Shown here piece after piece: positions 12,160 through 24,499 of a stretch of 64,000 nucleotides of DNA; the stretch's first letter is position 1, and every line of letters begins with the position of its first letter. The stretch is from Octopus bimaculoides. Its lineage: Eukaryota. The translations under genes were made by a program, and so were the position numbers. The notes beneath the pieces are model-generated. The model saw nothing but the letters and a program-made list of their open reading frames with translations. It ran no database searches and was not told where the DNA came from. The DNA lies in contig NC_068996.1 in the NCBI RefSeq assembly GCF_001194135.2, forward strand, positions 34,865,645 to 34,929,644, read 5' to 3'.

Positions 12160-13479
12160 GTAATTTCAAGATTTATTTAGTTGCTATTCTGTTGAACTTT
12201 TTTTACTACTTCTGTCTGTCTGTCTGTCTCTCTCTCTATACACACACACACACACACTCATATACACACATAAGCACGCACATCACATTCTATGCATGCA
12301 CTTCCTCTGTGTGTTGGGAGATGCATATGTGCAGTAACCAGGTAAATTGGAGAATTGGTAGACATTGGAGCACTAGATAGAATCCACCCCCTCTGTCTCA
12401 CCCCACCCCACCCCTCTGTCTCACCCCAACCTACTGTTATCATTGTTCTAATGTCTTCTCTATACTTGCATGTGTCAGAATATATTTTTTGAGGCAGATT
12501 ATTGCCAGATGCTTTTCCTGTTGCCAATTCTAACTGAAGTAAAATATTTTCCCGCCATGTTTTCAATGGAAATTTGAAAGCAAACAATACTTCTTGTATG
12601 ACAGTGATGTTTGTTTATATTTAGTATACAATACCAAAGCTAGAATACACATGCATGTGTGTGTGCACGCGCACGCACGCACACACACACACACAATGAG
12701 TGGATAATATGGATATTACTACATGCATTTTATTAGCAAATTTATTATTAACACAATTTGGCATGCAATAAAATGCTTGATTATATATGATTATGCAATA
12801 AGATGTTTATGTAACATTGCCACTTCTTCAGGTAATAATCCATTAGAGATTTATTGGGTTATGTGCACCGCTGGGATAATGGTAAGATATAGAACTTTCC
12901 AGTGAAGGATAGTTAAATATACTAGTTAATTCAGTTAGGGATGGTAGGCTTTGTATAGAATCATTGACCCATCGAAATCATTAATACCACTTGTTAAACC
13001 AATTTGTTAATTATATGAGCTAGACAGTTTCATCATATTCAGTCCCTTTCAGGGTGGGGCTACAACTTAGTCAATTAAACTCAAAGTGGTTGGGGGAGGA
13101 AAATTGATAACAGTAGAATGAAGCTGACATCCGGAAAGTTTATCAGCATTAACATTGGTCATTGGTGTTACTAGCAAAGAACAAGCTAGAGATAGTGCCA
13201 AATGAACTATTCAGACGGTTGTATGTAGCTGTTTTGCAGATTAAGTATGAGATAAGATGAGAAGAAGCCACACGATTGCACAAATGCACACACACATGTG
13301 GATGCATCCACACACACACACGTGCAGATATATCTAAACACACATGCTCATAGAATATAATTTAAAAGAAATTTCAATTTTAAGTCTATTTTAGTGGAAT
13401 GAATAATAAAAAATTTTGATAATTTAACAAAATAGGAAAATTAAAAAAATTAATAAGATAAACGAAAAGAAAGAAATTA

Positions 13480-14235
13480 GTCAGAAATTAATCAACAATA
13501 TTTGGAGGGGTATTGCCAGTTTGAGATAAACTTTACAGACACGGAAGTGCTGTCAGCCAGGCCTGCCTGAGGTGTGCCCAGAATGATGAAACCGTCTGCA
13601 TGCCCTAGTCCAGTGCCTAAGCATTGTTGACCTGTGGGTTTATGTCGAACACCTACTGTCACATGTATGACAAATCCGGCTATTAGCTGAACCCATTGTG
13701 AAGATTGCCCCACCGCCCTCTTTTGGCCGAGAGGAGAGGGCAATTTTTATTTGTCTAGTGACTGTAGCAAAAGAGGTAGTATGGTGGACTCATTTGAAAA
13801 GGATAAAGACAGGCACTTTCCTCTTTGGCCAAGCCCTCATCAACTTTTTCGAGTTTCGCTTGAAAAGGAAGTTGAGGGTGGAAGGGAAGGGTTGCCTTGT
13901 AGCAAGTTTGTTGAAAGACGGGTGGATGTTGGTAGAATGGCCAGTGTGAAAGGATCAGTTCTGAGCGTGCACCTGTAAACAAAAGGAGAAGGGCTCTTGC
14001 CTTGTTGTTTGGGCACCTGTGACTTTTGTGGGTTTTTTCATGAGGTCCTTAATGTGCCTCCCCTATTGGGAGTTTTAAATTGTTTAATTTTTAATTGTTA
14101 TACATAGTGTTTACAAGTAAAACTCATTGTATCGTCCTGTTTTTGTCTTTTATGTTGTATGTCTCTTAATGTAATTTTATGTAAGTCCCTGTGGCAAATA
14201 AATGAATTAATTATTATTATTTATTATTATTATTA
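13480..14235 (+). mobile_element. 3' end of a Tx1/L1-type LINE (zinc-knuckle region, 3' UTR, AATAAA and (TTA)n tail)
   Basis: CLRCAQNDETV / LHALVQC (one frameshift) at 13564-13617 is the CxxC...H...C motif at the end of L1/Tx1 ORF2. GC-richer than the flanks; ends aaataaatgaatta(tta)n. Confidence 0.75.
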
Positions 14236-14825
14236 AGACAGCAAGCTAACAGAATCATTAGCATAGCAAACATGCTGAGTGGCATTTTGTTTGTCTAAAG
14301 TTCTGAATGCAGATTCTGCCAATGTCAACTTTGCCTTCCATTTTTTTGCGGGGAAAGTATTTACCATTATTCCAGTTATGCATATTACCTAATAAGCCTC
14401 TAATGGAATGTTACCTGAAGATGTGGTAGTGTTACATAAACATCTTATTGCATAATCATCATATATAATCTTGAATGCTTGTCTATGAGGGGCTCTGCTC
14501 TGTCAATGTTCTCCCCCCACCCTCATTTCGTCTCACATTTCATCAAAAATCAAGTGTAATCTTGGAGTTTTCTGGAACTTTCATAAATGTCATTGATCTA
14601 TAATAGGGATGCAATAAGGCTTTCAAGACAATATAAGTACCTTAGAATCATTGAGGTGCAAGTAAAAACCTCACTTTCACATTGGTTGGCTTTAAGGTGA
14701 TAGCTAAGTATTAGTAAGACCTCCATAAACTGGGTTCTATTCAAACAAGATACTCTTCAAGAAACATCAGCCTTTAAAACAGGAGTATTTCTGTACTTAC
14801 ATAGGTTACTCCAAGTACAATTTTC

Positions 14826-15090
14826 AATAGATATGTTTAGAGTGCACCTTATATATTTATGTCTATAGATATTAGGAATTTAGAGTACTTCTTACAGTCT
14901 AGGTCTAGAGATATAAGGATTTGGGATTACTTCTTACATATTTATAGCTATAGATATAAGGAGTACTCCATACATATTTTAGTCTATGGATAGTCTATAT
15001 ATTTTAGTCTATGGACTATTTCTAGATCTATAGATATCAAGAGTTTAGAGTACTCCTTACATATCTATTTCTATAGATATAAGGTGTTTG
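14826..15090. repeat. Degenerate minisatellite, about 40-bp unit (atagatataaggagtttagagtactccttacatatttatgtct)
   Basis: Six to seven units sharing atagatat...gagtact.cttacata. Confidence 0.75.
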
Positions 15091-16319
15091 GAAAATAATT
15101 TAAAACTATACTGTTAATGTGTTTCTGGTAATAAAAAAAAAAAAAAAATTATAATTACATAAAATGGTGTAGTGGCTGCCAGTAATTTCTCTTTCTTCGT
15201 GTAAAAAACAAAAAAGAAAGTCTGCAGAAAAATTAGTGGTGGCATCATTAACAATTATACCATGTAGTTCATAAGTTGGCTAAGTTCTTAAGCAGATATG
15301 TGTGGGATGGTTGGGAGTCAGTTCCAAATTATATCAGATTCTTCTTCCTTTGACATATGATCTTTTATAAACACACTAAATTCTATGTTTCTTCAGTACA
15401 TGAAAGCATGATTATGAAAATGATGGTTGGCTGTTTTAAAATGTGCTCAGCATCTTTCATGGTCATTTATCTAGAACAATTACACTGCTTGTGTTTTTTC
15501 ATTAATTTTCAAAATAATCAAGAATATTAGCAAAGGCACGGCTGGCTGTATAGTTAAGAAGTTTGTTAATATAGCACCAGACCAACCAAAGCTGGACAAG
15601 TATTTAATATAGCACCAGACCAACCAAAGCTGTATGAATGAATTTGGCAGATGGAAACTGCAGGGAAGTTCATCATATATGTGTGTCTGTCTGAGTGTGT
15701 CTGTGCTTCCTTGTCTCGACATTACATGATGGTTGTTGTATATGAGCATCATCATCATCATACAAGCAATGTAGTTTGTTTCCAGTCTTCTATGGAAATA
15801 TATCTGGCCTTGAAGGAATATTGCCTTGCTTGAAACAAACACACGGGATGGTGACAGGAAGGACATCTGACCCTAAAAGAAATTGCTGCAACTGATTCCA
15901 TATGACCCACCGCAGGCAGCAAAAGTGTATGTTAAAACAATGATTGAAGAAGTTTAATAAAATAGTACTAACTTTTTATTGTTTTATCATCGTCATTATC
16001 ATCTAATGTCCATGTTCTAGCTGGCATAAGTTGAACATTTTGATGGGATCCAGCAAGCTGGAGGACTGCATTAATCTCCAGTGTTAGTTTTAGCATGATT
16101 TCCATTGCTATATGTCCTTCCTAATGCCAACCACTTTATAATGTATACTGAGTGCTTTTCTCATGCCACAGGCACTAGTAAGGTCACCATGCAAGCTTAT
16201 GAAACCCAAGGGGATGGGCTTTATGCCAAAATATGAGAGTTAAAGTATGAGAGATGGAAGTGGGGCAGAGTGGGTTCTTGTTGTAGGGGAGTTATACAGC
16301 TATTTACATTTAGGAAAGG

Positions 16320-17718
16320 ACTAGCAGTATAACCCGACCTTGTCCGGATGTGACTTATTACGCCATCTACGATAAGCTGAAAATCAACTAAAAAAGAAAG
16401 CCTTACAACAAAAAAACCCTTATGATGTAAATATGTTCATAATTCAAAAAACGATGAAATTAATAGGGAAAGTCTGAAGGCTGTTTTGCGTAAAATTATT
16501 AAGCATACGTAAATTTCATCCGTGTAATTGGCTATAGAAATGCTTGTGCAAAACAACTTTTTGCGCTGCCCTGATTATACATAGCAGGGTAATCCCTTTT
16601 AGCAGGAGCTAGGATGGCAATTTGTGATGAAGCAATTGCTGGCGATCTGTTGCTAAACAGTATTGCCAGAATTCTATCAGATTGGGCAGAAGGTGTTGAT
16701 GCACCATTTTGCATTATGTTCAAAGTAGCTACTGGAATGTGGTGAATTGCTGCAGTCTGTGGCTGTCATTTTAAACCGGTTGCTGTCTTTCCCCAGCAAA
16801 CTCTCTTGTTTGGAGGCATAATCTATGTATATATTAAACAGAACAACAAAAGTTATTTCTGTAATTTTTCAGATTAATACCCGCACGATTACCCAACCGT
16901 ATCCCTAAAACCCTAACACTAACCCTAACCCTGACCCTAAAACCGTAACTGTGACACTAATCGTAACCGTAACCCTAACCCTAACTGTAACCCTAAAGCC
17001 CTAACCCTAATGCCCTAGTGAAAATTGTGGTATATTTACAAAACATTGATGAACATGAGTTATATTTTAGTGAATGATTGTGTACTTGCACGTGTATGCG
17101 TTTGAGAGAGCGAGAGAGGGGGAGAAAGGAATAGAGAACGGGAGCAATGAAGAGAGAGAAAGAGAGGAAGGGAGAACGGAAGACAGTTATAAAATAGCAA
17201 TGCGTGCGCGTGTTTATATAAGAAACACAAAAACTAAATCTTATATCTATAATGTTGATGTGTTTATGTGTATGTTGTTGTCACAGATCACGTATGTGTG
17301 GTTGTGTGTGATTTTACGTTTCTATGTTATGAAAAATATGTTAGAGGTAGAGGGATACAAGAAAACTATTAAATGGGAAAGAGGAAGAAGAAAGAAGACT
17401 TTGTATGTATCACTTTCTCTCTCTCTCTCCCCCTCTTTCACTCTTACTCTCTATCTTATATGTTGAACGCATGATGGATGAACACCGGTACAGGTAGAAG
17501 GGAAGAAATATAAAAGTTGCTAGAAACAACAGCCAAATCTCCCTTAAATCACACAAAGTAAACGGAATTTTAAAAATCTAATTACTGCACTGGAAAGTTC
17601 ACATCGAGAATATTCCATTGATGTAAAAAATTTTACGAAAAAGTGGAAAATGTAGATTTCTATAAACTTTTTAAAAGGCTTCATACAGACACACATTTTC
17701 ACATTTATTATAATAGAT
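16320..17718 (+). mobile_element. Putative non-autonomous Helitron/Helentron-like element containing telomere-like and GA repeats
   Basis: Starts actagcagtataacccgaccttgtccgg and ends ttttcacatttattataatagat. Internal degenerate (CCCTAA)n at 16895-17017. Family call rests on my recall of termini only. Confidence 0.45.
16895..17017. repeat. Degenerate (CCCTAA)n / TTAGGG-type repeat array
   Basis: ccctaaaaccctaacactaaccctaaccctgaccctaaaaccgtaac...taaccctaaccctaactgtaaccctaaagccctaaccctaa. Confidence 0.85.
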
Positions 17719-18239
17719 AAGATGAGAAATGAATCTAGTGGTTGCCAAAAGATAAAAAGTGGTGAGGTGTCTAGGTGGCACCTCAAGGTACAAGGTGAAT
17801 AGAAGTGCAGATAGAGAAACTAAGAGTGGATGGGGGTTTACAAGAGTGTATTGTGAGAGAGAATGTAGACATGGAGGAGGGGAGATAGGCAACATTTGTA
17901 AAGATTGGCCAGTGGTGCATGAATTGGTGAAATAGAGGAATGTAAGAAGAGAACAATAGCAGGAAAGAAATGATGATACAATTGATATGGGGAGAACAAG
18001 AGTGAGATGACATGTTTTGGTAGGCTACAGGAAAAGGGAAAGGAGAGAGTTAGACATAGGGTGTGGGGATAGAATTCAGTGGTCCAATGTGGGGAAGGAG
18101 GAGATCACTGTAGTATATGAATATACAGGACAATATTTATAGATGAGAAAATTTGGTATCAGGAGGGAGAGATGGGAGAGGCAACATGAGGAGGAGATTG
18201 GATAAGGTGCCTGTATGTAATATGTATACCCTCAGTGCT

Positions 18240-18850
18240 TCCAAAAGTCAGTTTTTCCTCAATGAGTGGATTTCTCAAGGGTCATGTATTGCCAGGCATC
18301 CCATACCTTTGTCATCTCTTACGTGAAATTCAGGGTTCTAAGATCAGCCTTCATCGCTTCATTCCATGTCTTCTTGGGTTTCCCTTTTCCACAAGCTCCA
18401 ACCACATTAAACAATCAGCACTTCTTTATACAGCTTTCCTCATTCATTTGCATCACATGTCTATACAAGCACGTTCTTCTTTCTTGCACATGACATCTGA
18501 TCTCTCTTTTGCTCAGTTTTTCTCTCAGCACATTTGTTGTTTATGCGCACTTACTTTGCACATTCATGTCCACTTCATTTCTTTCCAGTCTTTCTAATGT
18601 TCTTTGCATTCAGTGACCATGTCTCACAACCATGTAACATTGCAGTTCTAACACATGCATCATGCAGTCTGCCCTTCATTCTATTGGAAAAGACTTTTAC
18701 TACCAGCAGTTGTTGCTCCTGGAACTTTCTCCAATCCATTCTTACTCTGGCTATTATACTTTCCAAGCAGCCAAAAGCTGTCAACTACTAGTGAGCCATC
18801 TAGGCATTCAAGGGATTCTATTTCTGGTGTGTTCATAGAACATATTGCTC
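18240..18850 (-). mobile_element. RTE LINE fragment (C-terminal ORF)
   Basis: Minus-strand IIARVRMDWRKF...KGRLHDACVRTAMLHGCETWSL, homologous to the 10090-10450 region. Confidence 0.8.
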
Positions 18851-19428
18851 CAATGCAGTTATCACATAGTCATGACTAAATGGTAAATGTAGTAAGGTTT
18901 TATAAATATGCTACAGTCTGAAATTAACTGTTTCATTAGCATATTTCTCTTAAATTACCATGATGTTTCAATAAATTTTCAAAATAATGAAGAATTTAGA
19001 GGAATTTAGCAAAATAATCGACTTTAATGTTATTAATTTATTATTTTAAACATAAATTAACATAAAATTATAACAGAAGTTTTCAATTTAAATATAAAAT
19101 TCTAAAATGAGAGGTTTATTAATTAACATAGAACCAGTGGTTGTTGCCTCACGTGAGTTAGTATCAAAAGGATATTTTTATGCACTGTGGGAATATAAGA
19201 AGAACTATTGCTTGAATACAATCAACTCATTGTTCTTCAGAAACACACCTGAAAGAGAGAGAGAAAGTAAATTAGTATCTCAGAAATTTACCTGAGCTAG
19301 TGTCTAGATATCTAATGGCACACCTGACTTTTGTTTTTTTTTTTTTATTATCTGCCTATTTGTCTGTCTGTCTATATACCTGCTTATGTCTAATTCTCAT
19401 TATTTCTACAAACTCCTTAAAACTTCAG

Positions 19429-20231
19429 CTGGACAATTAAGAATATCGAGTGATGGAGCAGACACAACAGAGAAACCTCATTCTACTCTTGATGAATTGG
19501 CTGTGCCAAGTGTGCTGTCCCATCAACAAGTGCATACACAGCCTCCTCAACAGCAGCAACAGCAACAGCAGCAGCAGCAACAACAGCAGTTATCAGTCCA
19601 ACAACAGCAACAGCAGCAGCAACAGGTACAGACACAACAACAGCCACTGCAGCAAGTTCAAGCAGTTCAACAACAGCAGCAGCAACAACAACCACAACAG
19701 GTGCAAGTGGTACAAGCACAGCAACAGCAGCAGCAACAACAACAGCAACAACAAGTGGTACAAACTCAACCTTCACCTAATACACAATACCAGACATCAC
19801 AAGCACAGCTTTCACAACAGCAACAGCAAGCACAACAACAACAAGCACAGCAGCAACAACAACAACAAGCACAACAACAGCAAGCACAACAAACAAAACA
19901 GGCTCAAGGAGAGCAACAACTCCCTGCAAAACAGGTCCAACAACCACAATCACAGCAACAACAAGCACAGCAACAACAAGCACAATCACAACAACAGCAA
20001 CAACAACAACAACAACAAGCACAATCACAACAACAACAACAGTCACAACAGCAACAACAACAACAACAACCATTAGCAACAGTTCCACTTGCCACCTCTC
20101 AGAGTCATCAAATACAGCAAACAGATTTAAGTCGTCAGCAAGGTTTGGCTGTTCCAGGAATGGTTATGATGATGGGTCCCTCTTCTATTCCGACAACTGA
20201 CTTGGAAACTGTACAGGTCAATTCCGACTTA
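19429..20231 (+). CDS. Clock: Clock coding exon: large polyglutamine/Q-rich exon (803 nt)
   Basis: acttcag acceptor (phase 1) and TTA|gtaagg donor (phase 0). Open frame with mixed CAA/CAG codons and unique coding flanks (GQLRISSDGADTT..., ...GLAVPGMVMMMGPSSIPTTDLETVQVNSDL). Lies between phase-compatible Clock exons. Confidence 0.85.
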
Positions 20232-20614
20232 GTAAGGATTTACACTTCAGATGTAATAACATATCTAATGGATTAATTACTCATCAGCTTGTCTTTTTGT
20301 TTTGCATTGTTGTCATGGCAATTTTATTCCATTTGATCATTTCAGCTCATTTCTTCTTTATTTCTTTGTTGTGTATTTTGTTTTCTTCTGATTCTTTCTA
20401 TTCTTTGTCCTGTTTCTTTTTTTTCTTTTTTTTTCTTTTTAAGTTTCCATTTTCGTTTCTGTCTACATTCTTTGATGACACATCACAGAATTTCTTTTTT
20501 AGCCATTCTTTCGCTATATATTTCTCATTTATTTGTCATGGAGTTTTAGAAAACTTTAGAATTGTTTTCTTGTTCTCTTATTTGTGTTACTTTTGCTCCT
20601 TTTTTCTGCTTGAG

Positions 20615-20677
<63 letters not shown>

Positions 20678-20731
20678 GTTGTTGTTGTTGTTGTTGTTGT
20701 TTTGTCATTGTTCCTATTGTTATTGCCATTT

Positions 20732-20774
<43 letters not shown>

Positions 20775-21349
20775 CATCATTATTAATAATAATAATAATA
20801 ATAATAATAACAATAATAATAAGTAATAAAATAATAATAATATTGGACTAATTTACTACCAGTATTTAGTTTCATCCTTTAGAATTTTCTGTTCAAATCC
20901 TATCAAGATCAACCTTTGCCTTTCATCCATCTATCCATAGTCAATAAATAGCTATTTGCTGGGGTTGATTTGATCAATTATACCTCTTCAAATTTTGTAA
21001 CCATGTACCAGTATAAAATACCCTTAATTTGACATTGTTGGTATTATTGTTAATGAATGAATGAATGATCTAATATAAGAAATTATTGTTATTATTAATA
21101 TTATTATTAAAGGTGGTGAGCTGGCAGAATCGTTAGCACACCAGCAAAATGCTCACCAGCATTTTTTCCACCTTTACATTCTGGGTTTAAATTCTGCCAA
21201 GGTCAACTTAACTTTACATCCTTTTGGGGTTGATAAAATAAGTACCAGTTGAGTATTGGGTCAGTGTAATTAGCTTGCCTCTTCTCCTCAAAATGCTGGC
21301 TGTGTGCCAAAATAGATTTGAAAAAAGTTTTATTATTTCTCAATCATAA

Positions 21350-23600
21350 TACTGGTGGAAGACTGGAATGGCATTTTAGATGCATGCTGAGACTGTATTG
21401 TAGGATAAGCTAATAGGAGAGAGGAATCTAAAACCTTAGCACATCTGTTCAAACAGTTCTAGTTGTGCTACTGTTAATGGATCTCATAAATGTACCACTG
21501 TGGACAGAAAGAACTGCATTGAGTTATCCAAAATATATTTAAATTAAGTTTTTGTAATGTCAACAGATAGTGAAGGATGTTCAAAGTTTCACCTGATTGG
21601 CTGCACAGCCCACTAACTTATAAAGCTGCTTGATTGAGCTAGATTAATTGCATAAACAGAGTTGATTACTGGAAGCTGAACAAATTTTTGTTGGGACACA
21701 AAGTTCACAGTAACTGATTTAGTGAATTAGTTAGGTTGTAGTCGACAGGGGTGATCATTAACAATTTGTAGTGGAGTTCCTTGAAGATGGGATTAGAAGA
21801 GAATTTATAGTATCTAAGCAAAGAAGTAGCAATAGAGAAAAATAATTTATAGGAGAAATTCATGAGTAAATTAGAAGAGAGGATTAAGAAAGACATCATT
21901 ACTAATGTGTAGCAGAGAGAAGGCTCCCCACTTCAGTCATTTCTTCAATGTCAAACATGGAGGTTGTGTTGTCTGAGCTAAAATTTATATTCTTAAATAT
22001 AAGAGTATGGAAGCTATTTAATAGACCTGTGTTACAGAGGCTTAGTGTGGTAATAAAGCAACACTTCAGTCTTTGGTGGACCAGATCAGAGACTTGTTAC
22101 TTGATTTCAGGCAGATGTGAATGACTTTGCTCATCTGTTCAAGGTGAATGATGAAACAGATATGGTCATTGTTCTCAGAAAAAAAAGGGGAATTTAAAAG
22201 ATATCGAAAGTTACTGAAATATAATTGGTAATAAATAGCTGTGTAAAAATTCTGTCTTCAATGATCTGATCTAAAAACTTTATATATATATGTCAGACTT
22301 GTTTGCTAATGTCTTAGCAGACATTTACCACCACTCACAACATGATGGGAAAATTATCGATTCTGAGAGCTGAGCACTGGTAGTACTGCTGAGAAAAAGC
22401 ATAAGCAAGTGGGACATCATTGGTAATATCTAGTCTATTATTGCATTCAGCAGAGTTAAAGATTTTCTCTATGGTTCTAGCAAAGGGGTTGGCACTTTTT
22501 GTCAGTACTATGGTCAGGAAAATGCAATTTTGCATAATCTTGAGTTATCCATGACAGCCTTCACTTCACATAACACTTCATAGTGAGGGTGGGTAACAAA
22601 TCTAGAAAGTTTCAGTTAAGTTGACCATTACTATTTGGCAGCTGTCCTTAGTGTCATTTTGACTGGGTCACTTCAGCATACAGCAGAATCTTTTTGGTGG
22701 TCAGACTAAATGGAAACCTATCAAATGTTATGTTCTATCGAAGACATCATTTGTCATTCATTCTGTATGTACTGTCTCTTGAACCACTGTTATGGAAACT
22801 GGGGGTATTAAGACGCATCTTGTTTGAACTGTGATATGTAAGAGCCAGGTTGGCATTTGCTGATTATGTCACCGTAATATAATTGACTCCACAGGAGCTA
22901 AGGTGGTCAAAACCATTCCAAAGGAATATAAAGCAGTAACAGGAGCACAAATTAACCTGGGAAGATTAGTTGACTTTACATCTGAGCACCTAGAATGGCA
23001 ATTCCATACCATAGTACCATAGTAGAGCACTGACCAATAGATCGGTTGTTTCTTAGGATTTGATGTTGTTCAGACTTTCAGTGGATAAGAACAGAATACT
23101 TTGACCAGACTGGAGCAAATATTCTGCCTTGACTGATGATGTATTGGCATGTACTGAGATCATGGTATCTTCAGAGATTTCTGGTTGGTGAATATTTTTT
23201 TCTGCAAGTCACCTCTTAGATGGAAATAAAGTTCTACATTAAGCAGAGACTAAAACTGACTGCTTAACATCTGGAATATTGCCTGTCACTCACAGTCCTA
23301 TACTAGTCTGATAGAATGACCAGTGTAACTTCCTCATTAGCATTCCATAGAAGTCTAGTGGCATCATAGGATGCCAAAGATTCCTTACAAAAATTTGTGT
23401 ATTGGCAAAAATTAAATGCCTGGTCTGTTTCTGAGCACTTTAAACCCAAAGACAAACGATAACTTTCAGAAATCTTTGGTCTGGCTGTCCTTCTGAAAGG
23501 CATTGCCAGTTCAAGATAAACTCTACAAGCACAGAAGTGCCATCAAATGAACTTGTTTGAAATATATATTGTATTTGAATATATAAAGGTAGCATTGTAT
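21350..23600 (+). mobile_element. Heavily decayed Tx1/L1-type ORF2 (APE remnant and RT)
   Basis: Remnant motifs DWNGILD (about 21360), VDHYYLAAVL (about 22620), RLNGNLS and LYVLSLEPLLWKL (about 22700-22800), LAFADYV (about 22850). Many stops. Confidence 0.6.
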
Positions 23601-23903
23601 ACATTTATCACCTGCTTGACTTTTTGGTGATAGCTTCATCTATTCTTAACCACCTGTCTGAAATGCTTGCTGACTGTTTTGCATGTACCTTCAAATGTCT
23701 AGGTATTACTGACGTGTAGAGCTGTTGAACTATTATCATCACTTCTAAGATAGATCTGGATATCAACAAGTTTTGTGTGAAGATCATTCAATCTGGAAGT
23801 CTGGGCTATCCTTGACTTGTCTTGTGGGTCTCCTTGATTGGGCCTGGGTAGCAATCCTCATCTGATTTCTCTGTAAACTCCTACACACACAAACACACAC
23901 ACA

Positions 23904-23945
<42 letters not shown>

Positions 23946-24499
23946 TCTAAACTGTCTCTGTAATGTCTTCTTGTCTGTCAATTTTCTTATAGGAAAAGAT
24001 TGTTGTTAGTGTTATTGTTGTTGTTCCTTTTATACTTCTTGTTTTATATCCTGTACTGTCAGGTCCAAACTATTGTCCTGAAGCACCAAGAGGGGAGAGG
24101 TCACTAGGTGAATTAAATTTCAAACAGTGCAATCATCTAAACTGCATAGCTATTGATGTTGCCTGGGATATAGTGGCTAAACTTTTCCATTCCATCCTTC
24201 ATGAACCCTAATACTTCTATGACCACTGGTATTATTTCAGCCTTCATATTCCAGGTGCATAGCCTAGCGGTTAAGGTGTTGCATTCATGATCACCAGATT
24301 GGATGGCATATTATGTTGTTGAGCAAAGCGTTTCATTTCATTTTGCTCAAGTGCTGTGTGGGGACTGGCATGCCAAAGAATACATCCAACATTTCCTCTG
24401 TGTATAATAAAAGGTGACTAAAAGAGATTGAGGTAGGATTTGCACTCTGACGTTGTAAAACTCTCACCACCAATGGCTACCCAAATGGACCCATGGACT

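Noticed and set aside
16532-16723. 63-aa minus-strand ORF in a GC-richer patch, considered as a Helitron helicase or nested gene
   Set aside because: No recognisable helicase or Rep motif and no convincing splice context.
19450-20095. Alternative-frame and antisense ORFs over the polyQ exon (poly-N/S, poly-V/A, poly-C)
   Set aside because: Shadows of the CAA/CAG repeat. Only the Gln frame has splice sites in phase with Clock.
20297-20851. 184-aa hydrophobic ORF resembling a membrane protein
   Set aside because: Produced by T-rich intron sequence and (TAT)n/(GTT)n microsatellites.
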